Counted from the stretch's first letter, positions 8,969-19,518 are shown. The stretch is 64,000 nucleotides of DNA from an uncultured Ignavibacteria bacterium (GCA_963751695.1 CAVVVP010000001.1:58470-122469), one strand, 5' to 3'. Numbers and translations: made by a program. The notes: generated by a model from the sequence alone, not told the origin.

Positions 8969-10306
8969 TTAATTATCTAATAATTTTTCTATAGAATTTG
9001 TATCATAATCATTATTTAAGAAATGCTTGTTTTCCAATACTCTTTGATGGAAGGGAATTGTTGTTTTGATCCCTTCGATAGTAAATTCATCGAAAGCTCG
9101 CTTTGCCCGTGCAATTGCGTGTTCTCTATCGACTCCCCAGACAATTAATTTTGCAACAAGTGAATCATAATAAGGTGGAATTACATAATCGGTGTAGATA
9201 TGTGAGTCAACTCTCACGCCAAATCCTCCAGGGAAATGAAGGTAAGTGATTTTTCCCGGAGAAGGTCTGAAATTATTATCAGGATCTTCTGCGTTTATTC
9301 TAAACTCAATACTGTGTCCGTTCATCTTTGTTGGAAGATCTTGAACTTCTTCGCCAGCGGCGACTAGTATCTGCTGTTTTATTAGATCAACATTGTTGAC
9401 CATTTCAGTAACAGGGTGCTCGACTTGAATTCTTGTGTTCATTTCTATGAAATAAAAATTTTGGTCTTTGTCAACTAAGAATTCAATTGTGCCAGCACCT
9501 TCATAATTTACAGATTTCGCTCCTTTTATCGCTGCTTCCGACATTCGTTGTCTTGTTTCGTCAGAAATTACTGGTGAGGGAGATTCTTCAATTAATTTTT
9601 GATGTCTACGTTGAATTGTAGCAATCTCGCTCTCCATATGATAGACATTTCCAAAGTGATCACCCATTATCTGTATTTCAACATGTCTTGGGCTTTCTAT
9701 AAATTTTTCTAAATAGAGATCAGCATTTCCAAATCCGACATTTGCTTCGTTGCTTGCAGTTAAGAAAGCAGTTTCTAATTCTTCTTCCTTCCAGACAATT
9801 CTCATGCCCTTTCCACCACCACCTGCAGATGCTTTCATAATTACTGGATATCCAATTTCCGCGGCAATTTTCTTCGCATCCTCAATAGAATCGACAACTC
9901 CATCACTTCCAGGTACTACTGGAACTCCAACAGATTTCATTGTTGTTTTGGCAAATGCTTTATCCCCCATTTTTTGGATCATATCTGCGGAAGGTCCAAT
10001 GAACTTTATATTCATTTCTTCACAGATCTCTGAAAAATCGGCGTTTTCGGCTAGAAAGCCGTAACCTGGATGAATAGCATCAGCTCCAGTAACCTCAGCA
10101 GCTGCAATAATACTTGTGACTTTAAGATAACTTTCTTGACTGCTTGGTGGACCAATGCAGACTGCTTCATCAGCAAATACCACATGGGCTGATTCTTTGT
10201 CTGCTTCAGAATAAACTGCTACAGTCGGAATTCCTAATTCTTTACATGTCCTAATAATTCTGAGGGCAATCTCCCCTCGGTTGGCAATTAGAATTTTGTT
10301 AAACAA
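8969..10306 (-). CDS. accC: acetyl-CoA carboxylase biotin carboxylase subunit
   Basis: 445 aa with [33 protein letters not shown]. Contains a local out-of-frame patch at 9617-9637 (see finding). Confidence 0.95.
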   Translation of the reverse strand: MFNKILIANRGEIALRIIRTCKELGIPTVAVYSEADKESAHVVFADEAVCIGPPSSQESYLKVTSIIAAAEVTGADAIHPGYGFLAENADFSEICEEMNIKFIGPSADMIQKMGDKAFAKTTMKSVGVPVVPGSDGVVDSIEDAKKIAAEIGYPVIMKASAGGGGKGMRIVWKEEELETAFLTASNEANVGFGNADLYLEKFIESPRHVEIQIMGDHFGNVYHMESEIATIQRRHQKLIEESPSPVISDETRQRMSEAAIKGAKSVNYEGAGTIEFLVDKDQNFYFIEMNTRIQVEHPVTEMVNNVDLIKQQILVAAGEEVQDLPTKMNGHSIEFRINAEDPDNNFRPSPGKITYLHFPGGFGVRVDSHIYTDYVIPPYYDSLVAKLIVWGVDREHAIARAKRAFDEFTIEGIKTTIPFHQRVLENKHFLNNDYDTNSIEKLLDN

Positions 10307-10335
10307 ACGATCCTCTTTTCAAATATTTTCAGTAA

Positions 10336-10803
10336 TTAATTCTTCTCAATTAAGAATAGAGGTTGGTTGTACTCAACCGGAGAGGCATTCTCAACCAAGA
10401 TTTTCACAATCTTTCCATCTACATCAGATTCAATCTCATTCATCAGTTTCATTGCTTCAATAATGCAAAGGACTGAACCTTCTGAAACTGAATCACCAAC
10501 CTGTGAGTAAGGATCAGCATCTGGAGCAGGAGCACGATAGAAGGTCCCCACAATTGGAGAACGAACTTCATGGTAGTTGGAATTTTCAGATTCTTTGCTA
10601 ACTTCTGATGCAGCTTGCGCAGTAACTGGAGCAGCTTGCTGTTGCAATGCAACTGGAGTAGATGGTTGAGAAATTATAGTATTCACTGGTTGTTTACTAT
10701 TTTTAGAAATCTTAATCTTAAGATCTCCTTCTTGAACCGAAAATTCGGCTATATCACTTTGTTCAACAACTTTTACAAGTCGTTTTAGTAGATTAATATC
10801 CAT
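10336..10803 (-). CDS. accB: biotin carboxyl carrier protein of acetyl-CoA carboxylase
   Basis: C-terminal biotinyl domain with the [15 protein letters not shown] motif and a P/A/Q-rich linker. Confidence 0.9.
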   Translation of the reverse strand: MDINLLKRLVKVVEQSDIAEFSVQEGDLKIKISKNSKQPVNTIISQPSTPVALQQQAAPVTAQAASEVSKESENSNYHEVRSPIVGTFYRAPAPDADPYSQVGDSVSEGSVLCIIEAMKLMNEIESDVDGKIVKILVENASPVEYNQPLFLIEKN

Positions 10804-10815
10804 ATCACTCTTGAT

Positions 10816-11382
10816 TTAGTTTTTAACTCTTTCGACGTACTCACCGGTACGTGTGTCAACTTTCAATAACTCTCCAATATTTATAAAAAGAGGTACGTTA
10901 ATGACCGCACCAGTCTCTAATGTTGCTGGTTTCATAACATTCGTGGCAGTATCTCCTTTAAATCCCGGTTCAGTTTCTGTAACTTCTAAAACTACAAATA
11001 CTGGAATCTCAGCCGTAACAACATCATCATTGTCGTCAAGAAGCAACTCGACTTCTTCACTTTCCTTGAGAAACTTATCTTGTGCATCAAGTAAGGATCT
11101 TTGTAAATTCATTTGCTCGTAGGTCTCATTATCCATGAGTACAAGAGAGTCTCCTTCCCTGTAAAGAAATTGATACTTTTTTCTCTCAACTCTAACAACA
11201 TCAACTGATTCTCCTGCACGGAAGGTATTATCAAGAACTCTTCCTGTTTGAAGGTTTTTTAATTTTGTCCTTACAAATGCACCACCTTTACCAGGTTTAA
11301 CATGTTGAAATTCGGTTATTGTATATAAACCATTTTTAAACTTTACAATTAATCCATTTCTGAAATCTGAAGTATCGGCCAT
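10816..11382 (-). CDS. efp: translation elongation factor P
   Basis: 188 aa with FQHVKPGKGGAFVRTKLKNL and a three-domain EF-P pattern. Confidence 0.95.
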   Translation of the reverse strand: MADTSDFRNGLIVKFKNGLYTITEFQHVKPGKGGAFVRTKLKNLQTGRVLDNTFRAGESVDVVRVERKKYQFLYREGDSLVLMDNETYEQMNLQRSLLDAQDKFLKESEEVELLLDDNDDVVTAEIPVFVVLEVTETEPGFKGDTATNVMKPATLETGAVINVPLFINIGELLKVDTRTGEYVERVKN

Positions 11383-11452
11383 TTTTCCTTCTACTAATAT
11401 TAGTTCTACTTAAAATATAATTACCCGTTTGTCTAAAATCAAGACGAAGTAA

Positions 11453-12142
11453 TCAGCTATTTATTTGTGATAGATATCTATCAACTTCTCGTGCTGCAAG
11501 AGAAGTACTATAATCTTTTTTAACTTTTTCCAGAGTTGTTTTAGCATTCTCTAGATCATTTGCTTTTATGTAATTAATTCCGGCTTTTAATAAATACTCC
11601 GAAGTGGCAGGATTATATTTACTGACGTTTGCAGCCTTGGAATAAAACTCAGCTGCTGATGAATAATTAGACTTAGCAACATACACGCTAGCGGATCCCG
11701 CAAGTGCAGCAGCTTTCATAATTTTATCATCACCAGAATAATTTTCATATTCTTCAAAAGCTTTATCATATTGTTCTGAAAAATAATATGAATTAGCTAA
11801 ATAAACTCTTGCCAATTCACCTTGCTCCGAACCGCCATATTCTTCAACTATTTTGAGTAATCCAATTTCTTTAGTGCCTGGTTTTCCATCAATGGCTTCT
11901 TGATATTGTCCATTTGTGTAGGTAGGTAAAACTCTGGATAATTCGATAGATGCCGCTAAATTGTTACTATCAACTTTATTGTAGTAAAAAACTATTGCTA
12001 CAATGACAGCTGCAATGACTCCAACAACAACAAAAATTTTGTTTTGATTCTCTTCATAATAATTTTTTGAATTGTAAAACGTTGTAACAAGTTTATCTTC
12101 TTTAATCTCTTTCTTGGATAATTTTTTCTTCTTTGCTAACAC
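11453..12142 (-). CDS. membrane-anchored TPR protein (YfgM-like architecture)
   Basis: N-terminal K-rich segment, one TM helix (IFVVVGVIAAVIVAIVFYY) and TPR-like helices. Confidence 0.5.
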   Translation of the reverse strand: MLAKKKKLSKKEIKEDKLVTTFYNSKNYYEENQNKIFVVVGVIAAVIVAIVFYYNKVDSNNLAASIELSRVLPTYTNGQYQEAIDGKPGTKEIGLLKIVEEYGGSEQGELARVYLANSYYFSEQYDKAFEEYENYSGDDKIMKAAALAGSASVYVAKSNYSSAAEFYSKAANVSKYNPATSEYLLKAGINYIKANDLENAKTTLEKVKKDYSTSLAAREVDRYLSQINS

Positions 12143-12197
12143 ATCTTCTCCTAAAAATAAGTAATAAATTTAAAATGAAGTGTAAAGTTAATAAAAA

Positions 12198-13247
12198 TTA
12201 GCGCTCAATTCTAATATGATTTGAGAAGATCCATGCTTTACCGTCCAAATAGACTTCGACTCTATATGCTCCTGGAATTTGGATTCTAAATTCAGCATCA
12301 ATGTTTTCGATCTCATCAATTTTTCTACCGTTTCTAATCAGTTTTATTGTTCCACTCATATTCGGTAAAATTACCCTCAACCTAATATTGGACTTGAATT
12401 CTACATTCTCGCCCATATGATAAATTTTTGAAGAATCTTGAGCGAAAAATCGAAATCCTTTTGCGTCTGCATGATAATAGTTGGAGATAAAACACTTGCC
12501 TAATTTTAACGAGTTATATAGGGAATTCTTATCCTCTTCAAACTCGTTTTTCTTTTTCGATCTTTTTAAAGGCTGCTCAGTTAAAATGTGAGTCCGGATT
12601 GATTTAAAGAGGACTTTATAAGGAAAAACCTCGACTTCAAAAAAACCCAATAGATTTATTTTATGTGCATGAGCATCAATACCACCAATTCCAACCACTC
12701 TTCTTTTTTGGTTTAGATCATCCCATACCTTGAGTGTTTTTTTTGGAGGCCCAACAATTGTTTTAAGTGGATGCACGAAAGAATTATATTTATTTTGCTC
12801 AGTTAAACCTTCCATCCACTCTGACATGTGATTCCAAATTTCAATTCCAGTGAAATCATCAATTTTCCAATCAGTCCAAGGATATGGAGGGTGCTCAGCC
12901 ATAGATGATCTTTCTTCGTGAGGATGGGCAATAAATCCTATTCCACCAGCTTCGTTTACTTTTTTAACATATTCTTTTGCTGGAAGACGGGAAGAAAAAG
13001 TTTCATCAATTCCTATTGCCAGGTAATGATTCTGATTCTTTTTATCATTTATTTCCGCCCCAACAAGAAGCGCAGTTTTACCATACCATCTTTCTTTCCC
13101 TTCATCTTTAGCTCTGAGAGTATTATGGTCAGTAAGAATTAGGTAGTCTAGTCCGACTTCTTGTGCAAATCCAACAATATCCTCAACAGTACCAGAACCG
13201 TCAGAATATTTTGAGTGCATATGTATGGAACCTACATATTCTACCAT
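12198..13247 (-). CDS. PHP-domain metallophosphoesterase (CehA/McbA-like)
   Basis: N-terminal HMHSKYSDGSGT...LILTDHN plus later H-rich motifs (FIAHPHEE, GIDAHAH) characteristic of PHP domains. Confidence 0.7.
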   Translation of the reverse strand: MVEYVGSIHMHSKYSDGSGTVEDIVGFAQEVGLDYLILTDHNTLRAKDEGKERWYGKTALLVGAEINDKKNQNHYLAIGIDETFSSRLPAKEYVKKVNEAGGIGFIAHPHEERSSMAEHPPYPWTDWKIDDFTGIEIWNHMSEWMEGLTEQNKYNSFVHPLKTIVGPPKKTLKVWDDLNQKRRVVGIGGIDAHAHKINLLGFFEVEVFPYKVLFKSIRTHILTEQPLKRSKKKNEFEEDKNSLYNSLKLGKCFISNYYHADAKGFRFFAQDSSKIYHMGENVEFKSNIRLRVILPNMSGTIKLIRNGRKIDEIENIDAEFRIQIPGAYRVEVYLDGKAWIFSNHIRIER

Positions 13248-13260
13248 GTATAAAATATAA

Positions 13261-13560
13261 TTAAATTATTTCATTAAGAGTAGAATATTGTGTCGTATGG
13301 GGTTTAATGATATCAGAGAGTTTGTGCATTAATAAATCAACTCTTTCGTTTGGATCGTCATCAAAATTGTCGTAAGCTTCCTGGTTTTCAAATGTATACA
13401 TTTCCTCATACTGATTGTTTTTACCTTTTAAGCTAAAAACCTTATAATCTTCTAAACCTTCAGCTTTTACCACATTTTTCAATTCACGAATTACATCATG
13501 ATATTCTTCAAGTTTATCATCTAAGACTTCGTACTTAATTGAAAATATAACTTTACTCAT
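13261..13560 (-). CDS. hypothetical small acidic protein
   Basis: 99-aa ORF in operon-like spacing with dapF. No family recognised. Confidence 0.35.
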   Translation of the reverse strand: MSKVIFSIKYEVLDDKLEEYHDVIRELKNVVKAEGLEDYKVFSLKGKNNQYEEMYTFENQEAYDNFDDDPNERVDLLMHKLSDIIKPHTTQYSTLNEII

Positions 13561-13569
13561 AATTATCCT

Positions 13570-14418
13570 TTAATTTATATTTATTTTTCCTTCAAACACT
13601 ATTTTTGCTGGACCTGTTAACTTAACATTTTCTACCCGGTTTTTTGTTACAATATCGAAGTCAATATTCAACAATTCGCCACTTTTTGTTTTTATTGTTA
13701 CTGGAGTCTCAACTTTATGTTTTAAAATTGAAATAATTGAAGCTCCAACTGATCCTGTACCACAAGCAAGAGTTTCTTTCTCAACTCCCCTTTCATACGT
13801 CCGAATATTTATATATTCACCATCACAAGAAATGAAATTAACATTGGTGCCAGAAGGAGCAAACTGCTCAGAATACCTTATTTCTTTTCCAAACTTTTCA
13901 ACTGGAAAACTTTCAAGTTCTTTTAGTTTTTCATCACTGAATTTTTGTTCTTCCAAATCAATAATAACGTGATGAGCTCCAGTATTTATAAAAGATGCTG
14001 AAAATAATTGATCCAGAACTCTAACTTCAATTTTTTCATTTATATCAGTTGGTGGATTAAGATTGAATGTAATTAAATCATCACTATTCACTTCACCAGA
14101 ATATAAATTAGATTGAAATATGAATTTTGTATGTGAATCTTTAATTCTTCCTGAAGAATCAGCATACTTTATAATACATCTTGCACCATTTCCACATAAC
14201 ATTCCCGTCGATCCATCAGAGTTATAATATTTCATTTCGAAATCAGCATTCTGTACATTTTTAATAACTAGCAGTCCATCAGCTCCAATCCCAAATCTCC
14301 TGTCGCATAGATTTTTAATTAGATCCGGAGAAATTGCTAGATTCTGATTCAAGTCCGCATCCAAAAGAACAAAATCGTTTCCTGCACCGCTTAATTTAGT
14401 AAAAATAATTTCTGACAT
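13570..14418 (-). CDS. dapF: diaminopimelate epimerase
   Basis: FTKLSGAGNDFVLLD, NSDGSTGMLCGNGARC and LACGTGSVGA, the two catalytic-Cys motifs. The ORF track starts at 14481, but MSEIIFTKL (14418) matches the family N-terminus. Confidence 0.9.
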   Translation of the reverse strand: MSEIIFTKLSGAGNDFVLLDADLNQNLAISPDLIKNLCDRRFGIGADGLLVIKNVQNADFEMKYYNSDGSTGMLCGNGARCIIKYADSSGRIKDSHTKFIFQSNLYSGEVNSDDLITFNLNPPTDINEKIEVRVLDQLFSASFINTGAHHVIIDLEEQKFSDEKLKELESFPVEKFGKEIRYSEQFAPSGTNVNFISCDGEYINIRTYERGVEKETLACGTGSVGASIISILKHKVETPVTIKTKSGELLNIDFDIVTKNRVENVKLTGPAKIVFEGKININ

Positions 14419-14515
14419 AACGTCTCTAAATTTAAAGCAATACACAATGCTAATCAATACTACTAGAGTCTTTATTTTCACTTCTATCTGAAAATAGTTA
14501 TTTATATATTTTGTT

Positions 14516-15370
14516 ATGCGCTTTATATATATTCAAATATTCCTGTTATTAATATCAACTGTAATTATTCCCCAAGAGTTGGTCTATCAAACAAGTATAG
14601 GCGAATTCGAAAGCACTTCTGCTTTCACAATAACCCCAACTGGTTTCCTCTTTGTAACTGATATTTCAAAAAATGAAGTTATTAAACTAGATACACTGGG
14701 AATGGAAGTTCAAAATATTGGCGGCTATGGGTGGGAAACATCTACATTTGACGAGCCTGTTGATGTATTTGCTACTGATCTCCGTGTTTATATTACGGAT
14801 AAAAACAACAATAGAATTCAGGTATTTGATAAAGATCTTAATTATCTATTTCTGCTCAAAACAGATACTCACTTAGAGGAACAAAAGAATTTTTTCTATC
14901 CATCGAGTTGTGTTAATTCAATTCAAGGAGACATTTTTATTTTAGATTCTGACAATGCAAGAGTTATGAAATATAATTCAGAAGGAAATTTTCTAATTGA
15001 ATTTGGCGGATATGATTCAGGTAATTTTATTCTTGAAGATCCAATAAAACTTGGCATTGCTCATGATTCGAAAATCTTTGTACTTGAACAAAATAAAATT
15101 ACAGTTTTCGATCAATTTGGAATGGGTTTATTTAGATTAAATTTAAAATCAACAGCAGTAAACCTTAATGTGACATTTGACAAATTATTGATCACCGGTG
15201 AAAATGAAGTTTATTTTCTAAATTTGCGAAAACCGGAAAATAGAGTTATAAATTTCACACCTAATGACATTCCAGAGAATGAAGTAATTATCGAGGCACT
15301 AATCTACAACGCAAAGCTATATGTTCTTACAGAAGAAAATATTTTAGTTTACGCTATAATCAATTCATAA
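14516..15370 (+). CDS. secreted NHL-repeat (beta-propeller) protein
   Basis: Signal peptide and repeats such as FDEPVDVFATDLRVYITDKNNNRIQVFD and IFILDSDNARVMKYNSEGNF, typical of NHL repeats. Confidence 0.55.
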   Translation: MRFIYIQIFLLLISTVIIPQELVYQTSIGEFESTSAFTITPTGFLFVTDISKNEVIKLDTLGMEVQNIGGYGWETSTFDEPVDVFATDLRVYITDKNNNRIQVFDKDLNYLFLLKTDTHLEEQKNFFYPSSCVNSIQGDIFILDSDNARVMKYNSEGNFLIEFGGYDSGNFILEDPIKLGIAHDSKIFVLEQNKITVFDQFGMGLFRLNLKSTAVNLNVTFDKLLITGENEVYFLNLRKPENRVINFTPNDIPENEVIIEALIYNAKLYVLTEENILVYAIINS

Positions 15371-15377
15371 AATAGAA

Positions 15378-15833
15378 TTGAATTTATACTTAAAACTTAT
15401 ATTCTTCTTACTCATTCTGATTTGGATAGTTGGAACATTAATTGAATTTTTAATTCCCCACTTTGAGATTTTAACCATTCTATACCCAAGTTTTAGGTTT
15501 TTGTATTCACATGTTTGCCATCAGCAACTTGAAAAAACGATCTCAATTGACGGACACGGTTTTTTGGTTTGCAGTCGTTGTTTTGGTATCTATTTTGGCT
15601 CATTAATATCATCATTTATTTTACTGTTCTTACCGGTTATTAGAATTCATAAAATTAGTTATCTAGTAATTGGTGCCCTACCAATGTTTATTGATGTTAT
15701 ATTATATTCTATTGGAATCTATTCTTATTCAAAGCAGATTGCATTTTTTTCTGGATTTCTTTTTGGTATGGTAGGAATTGTATATATTTACAACGGTATA
15801 CAAATTTTACTTAAAAAAACTGAGCAGAATTGA
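15378..15833 (+). CDS. DUF2085-like integral membrane protein
   Basis: Four or five TM helices with CHQ....F.VCSRCFGIYFG, the Cys/His motif I associate with DUF2085. Confidence 0.55.
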   Translation: MNLYLKLIFFLLILIWIVGTLIEFLIPHFEILTILYPSFRFLYSHVCHQQLEKTISIDGHGFLVCSRCFGIYFGSLISSFILLFLPVIRIHKISYLVIGALPMFIDVILYSIGIYSYSKQIAFFSGFLFGMVGIVYIYNGIQILLKKTEQN

Positions 15834-16339
15834 AAAAGTTTTTATCCCCCCTAATAGTTGGTTTTGGTGCTGGAGTGCTTTCAATTGTACCTGTTGCTAA
15901 AAGTTTCGGTTGTTGTTTAATAATTCCAGTAGCAGCGTTCATCGCACTTTTACTAGAGCAAAAGGCAAACAACGATTTTTCAAAAATTGAGATTAGAAAA
16001 GGCTTGATCTTTGGTTTGCTCACTGGGCTTTATGCTGCACTTTTCGGAAGTGTTTTTGACTTCTTCATTACTTTCGTTACAAAGAACAATGATCTTGTTG
16101 CAACATATTCCGAACTCCAAAAAATTATTTATGATTTTCCCATTTCAGAGACATTAAAAGAAGAAGTCATGAATATTTTAGGTGGAGTTGTGGAATCAAT
16201 TAAATCAAAAGGATTTTCACTAATCTATACTTTTTCTGTTCTTGCAAATAACTTGATACTATATTCCGTTTTTGGAATTTTAGGCGGAATTATTGGAGCA
16301 CAGATATTGAACTCCAGATCTCAAAAAAAGTTGGGGTGA
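15830..16339 (+). CDS. hypothetical integral membrane protein
   Basis: 169 aa, about 4 TM helices. TTG start overlapping the upstream stop. No family recognised. Confidence 0.4.
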   Translation: MKKFLSPLIVGFGAGVLSIVPVAKSFGCCLIIPVAAFIALLLEQKANNDFSKIEIRKGLIFGLLTGLYAALFGSVFDFFITFVTKNNDLVATYSELQKIIYDFPISETLKEEVMNILGGVVESIKSKGFSLIYTFSVLANNLILYSVFGILGGIIGAQILNSRSQKKLG

Positions 16340-16355
16340 ATTTTCGTAATTAGCT

Positions 16356-17018
16356 TTATCTTAGTCTAAACGGGAAAGTTATAACAACCGTCTGCGGACT
16401 CTGCTTCTGACCTTTAGGTAGCGGTTCGAATCTCCACTGTCTTAGAGAATTGATTGCTGCTGTTTCTAGCCTTGTATCTGCTTTAATAAGTGGGAAAATT
16501 GTTCCAACTGTTCCATCTGGCAAAATGGAAAATCTTAATTTAACATCAATTTCTTTCGAAACACCTTGCGGATATGGAGGAATTGTATAACTGTATATTT
16601 TGCGCATCCCTTTTCCACCAAAATCTATATCAAATCCAAACTTACCCGTTCCCTCTCCAATCAGTTCTCTGCCTTTGGTTTCATTCTTTTGGTCTGCGTC
16701 ATTCTTATCAATCTTTTTTGATTCTTCTTTTTGTGATTTTTCAACAACAGGTGCAACCTCGTTTGTTTCATCAACATTTACGGCTTTAGGAACTTCAACT
16801 TTTTTTTCTTCCTTATTCTTTTTTGGAAGGACTTTTTTTGAGGATTTTGCTACAGCACCTGAAGAACTTAGTTTTCCAAATGTCCCGAACCCAACGGTCA
16901 CATACTCATCAGTGTCATACTCAGGTGAGAAATTGAAAATAAGTAAAAGGAGAATTATTGCACCATGAATTGTGACTGATAAAACTGCAGAACGATATTC
17001 TGATTGCTTCCAAAACAT
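16356..17018 (-). CDS. TonB-family energy transducer
   Basis: N-terminal TM helix, K/E/P-rich linker and C-terminal YPQGVSKEIDVKLRFSILPDGTV...NSLRQWRFEP, resembling the TonB C-terminal domain. Start overlaps the exbD stop (TAATG). Confidence 0.7.
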   Translation of the reverse strand: MFWKQSEYRSAVLSVTIHGAIILLLLIFNFSPEYDTDEYVTVGFGTFGKLSSSGAVAKSSKKVLPKKNKEEKKVEVPKAVNVDETNEVAPVVEKSQKEESKKIDKNDADQKNETKGRELIGEGTGKFGFDIDFGGKGMRKIYSYTIPPYPQGVSKEIDVKLRFSILPDGTVGTIFPLIKADTRLETAAINSLRQWRFEPLPKGQKQSPQTVVITFPFRLR

Positions 17019-17422
17019 TAGAAAGATTCTTTTTCTGTCTCAATTGTAAATTTCTCAATACCGATACCTTTTGCTGCATCAATTATTTTGATTACAATAT
17101 CAATATTTGTTGATTTATCAGCACGAATTATTACGTTCTCTTCACTTGCACTTTTTGTAATACTTTCTAATTTTATTGCCAATGCATCCATGGTAACTTC
17201 TTCTTGTCCCACATAGATCTTACCAAGCTCACTTATTGACACAACGAGTCTTGAAGGCACTGTCTGTTCGTTATTCACAGCCCCAGGAAGCTTTACCTTT
17301 ACCCCTGTATGAATTACAAATTGTGATGTTAAGAGAAAGAATATGAGCAAGAGCATTACAATATCCGTAAGTGAGGAAAAGTGAAAGATGCTAAGTGGTT
17401 TATTTTGCATTTCGAATTTCAT
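17018..17422 (-). CDS. exbD: biopolymer transport protein ExbD/TolR
   Basis: 134 aa with SLTDIVMLLLIFFLLT TM and ..VIIRADKSTNIDIVIKIIDAAKGIGI. Confidence 0.85.
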   Translation of the reverse strand: MKFEMQNKPLSIFHFSSLTDIVMLLLIFFLLTSQFVIHTGVKVKLPGAVNNEQTVPSRLVVSISELGKIYVGQEEVTMDALAIKLESITKSASEENVIIRADKSTNIDIVIKIIDAAKGIGIEKFTIETEKESF

Positions 17423-17433
17423 TTCTTCCTCTT

Positions 17434-18081
17434 CTAATCTTCATCAGAAAATTTTTGCGTTTCAGCACCTCTAACTTCTTCAACTATGTCCACAACATCG
17501 GATGAAACAATTTCCATATCAAGAACAAGTTTATTTATAGAGTTGACAAGATAATTATAAAAAGTATACGCGATGATTCCTACAGCAAGGCCGAATGCTG
17601 TTGTTAATAGAGCTTCCCAAATACCCCCAGCAAGGTCGCTTGGATTCGCTGAGCCTTGCAGATCCTCGATCCTCATAAAAGCCGAGATCATTCCGGTAAC
17701 TGTTCCTAGGAATCCCAACAATGGTGCCACACCCGATATAGTAGCTAAAATTGATAAACCTTTTTCGAGTTTAGTGATTTCTTGCTTACCAGCACTTTCT
17801 ATTGCCTCTTTTACTCTCTCGTGACCGAAATGATATTTTTTTAATCCTTTTTTAACAATATTTGCCGCTGGAGTTTTTTCCTCCATACAATACGTTAATG
17901 CACCATCAATATCTTTCTTTTTGAGTAGACCTCTAATTTTAACTAAGAACTGAGGGATGTTCGATTTTGATTTTTTAATTACTAATAATCTATCAATAAT
18001 AATGGCTACTGCAACTATTGATGCAATGAAGATGAACAGCATTACCCATCCACCTTTGAGAACGATTGACAATAAACTCAT
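17434..18081 (-). CDS. exbB: MotA/TolQ/ExbB proton-channel protein
   Basis: 215 aa, three TM helices, with LATISGVAPLLGFLGTVTGMISAF and ALLTTAFGL motifs. Confidence 0.9.
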   Translation of the reverse strand: MSLLSIVLKGGWVMLFIFIASIVAVAIIIDRLLVIKKSKSNIPQFLVKIRGLLKKKDIDGALTYCMEEKTPAANIVKKGLKKYHFGHERVKEAIESAGKQEITKLEKGLSILATISGVAPLLGFLGTVTGMISAFMRIEDLQGSANPSDLAGGIWEALLTTAFGLAVGIIAYTFYNYLVNSINKLVLDMEIVSSDVVDIVEEVRGAETQKFSDED

Positions 18082-18108
18082 GTTAACTTCCTATAAATTT
18101 TTTTTGAT

Positions 18109-19485
18109 TTACAATTTATTCTTTTTTAAAAATGCTTCTGCTTCTTGTTGGGAATCAAAATATCCGATACGTACCCTATTCCAAACACTTTCTTTTAATT
18201 TAATATAAATGCTAAATACAAAAGCATCGTGACCCATTTTTCTATATTTCGCAACCTCGTGTTCAGCAAAACTTTTACTCTTCCAAGATGAAATTTGAAC
18301 TGTGTACTTATTTCCATCGAAATAGACTCTATCTGTAATACTGATATCATTCGGTATATCTCTGTATAAACCAGTATAAGTCGATTTTCTTGCATTTGCA
18401 GATAAAACTTTCTCAACATCCTTTTTCGTTTCCTCTTTTAACAAGACAACTTCTGCGGTTGTTTCAGGTTTTACAAGAGTATCAGTTTTTGAACTATCGA
18501 TTAAAGCTATTGATTCTTCATTAATGGTTGCGGGTTTAGTTTGTGGTTCTTCTATATTTAACTTCATTTCCGATGTGGAGTCATCAGACTGTGAAGTAAA
18601 AATAACTGTTGCAATTACAATAATTAAAAAAAATGCAGCAACTGCTAGCATAACTACTCTTTTATTTCCATTTTCTTCTATAGCTTCGATATCATTAATC
18701 TTCTCTTCATTTGCTTGTACATTCTCCTTGACAAAATCTTTGTCTTGATTAATCAACTCTGCAAGTTCGTCAAATGGACTTTTCTTCACGTCTTCAACTT
18801 CAGTTTCATCATCAACCTTAATATCTTCTTCATTATCCTCGATTTCATGAATCTGTGAATTCTCTGCTTGCTCTTCGGATATGACAACTTCTTCTTCAAT
18901 TACTTCTTCGGGTTCCGAAATTAAATCTTCAAGTTCTCTCTTACTATTATCTTCGAACGATTCTATTGTTAATTCATGGTCCTCTAAAGATTCATTTATC
19001 TTCTCTTCGGTATTTTCAGTATTAAATAGTTGATAACCATCTAAAATTACTCCTGCTGAAATAATTTGATTTACACTCTGTTGTATTGATCCTTCAAGTT
19101 CATTATCACCCTCAGAGGTTTCAGGTGCATCAAATATTGTTGAAGGTTCGTCAATGCTTAGATTAAACACAGATTCGTTAAACGCAGAGCTCTGAGGACT
19201 TTCAGGTATAAGATCAATTGTAAGAAAAAGATTTTGTCCCTCAGATTGACTCTTGATATTCCTATAGATCAGAATTTCCTTACTCTTCTTGGAAGCATCT
19301 CTATCTAAACGAGAAACTGGTTCAACTTGAAGTTGGAATAATCCAATATTTTCGATTCTTATTGTTTGATTCTGCTTCAGGACTTCAGATACACGTTGTA
19401 AAAAAGCATTAAATACTTTTTCAATATGCTCCTCGGAATGGCCGGATGCAGCAAGTATTCTCTCTTTTAAAAATTGTTTTTCCAT
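18109..19485 (-). CDS. bitopic protein with HU/IHF-like N-terminal domain, acidic linker, TM helix and C-terminal SPOR domain
   Basis: N-term LKERILAASGHSEEHIEKVFNAFLQRVSEVLKQNQTIRIENIGLFQLQ (HU-like). About 200 aa of E/D-rich low complexity. TM VVMLAVAAFFLIIVIATVIFT. C-term YTVQISSWKSKSFAEHEVAKYRKMGHDAFVF...RVRIGYFDSQQEAEAFLKK (SPOR-like). Confidence 0.6.
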   Translation of the reverse strand: MEKQFLKERILAASGHSEEHIEKVFNAFLQRVSEVLKQNQTIRIENIGLFQLQVEPVSRLDRDASKKSKEILIYRNIKSQSEGQNLFLTIDLIPESPQSSAFNESVFNLSIDEPSTIFDAPETSEGDNELEGSIQQSVNQIISAGVILDGYQLFNTENTEEKINESLEDHELTIESFEDNSKRELEDLISEPEEVIEEEVVISEEQAENSQIHEIEDNEEDIKVDDETEVEDVKKSPFDELAELINQDKDFVKENVQANEEKINDIEAIEENGNKRVVMLAVAAFFLIIVIATVIFTSQSDDSTSEMKLNIEEPQTKPATINEESIALIDSSKTDTLVKPETTAEVVLLKEETKKDVEKVLSANARKSTYTGLYRDIPNDISITDRVYFDGNKYTVQISSWKSKSFAEHEVAKYRKMGHDAFVFSIYIKLKESVWNRVRIGYFDSQQEAEAFLKKNKL

Positions 19486-19518
19486 TACTAAAATTCCTCT
19501 TTTAGTTTAGTAAAGAAT

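Noticed and set aside
9750-10064. Numerous 60-180-aa ORFs nested antisense or out of frame inside long conserved genes (e.g. 9750..10064 in accC, 10449..10652 in accB, 16600..16968 in tonB, 56605..57141 in araB, 7520..8015 in guaA, 4335..4625 in the LysM gene)
   Set aside because: Each lies fully inside a gene whose product I can recognise on the other strand or frame. None has motifs or a plausible start context. Such shadow ORFs are expected.
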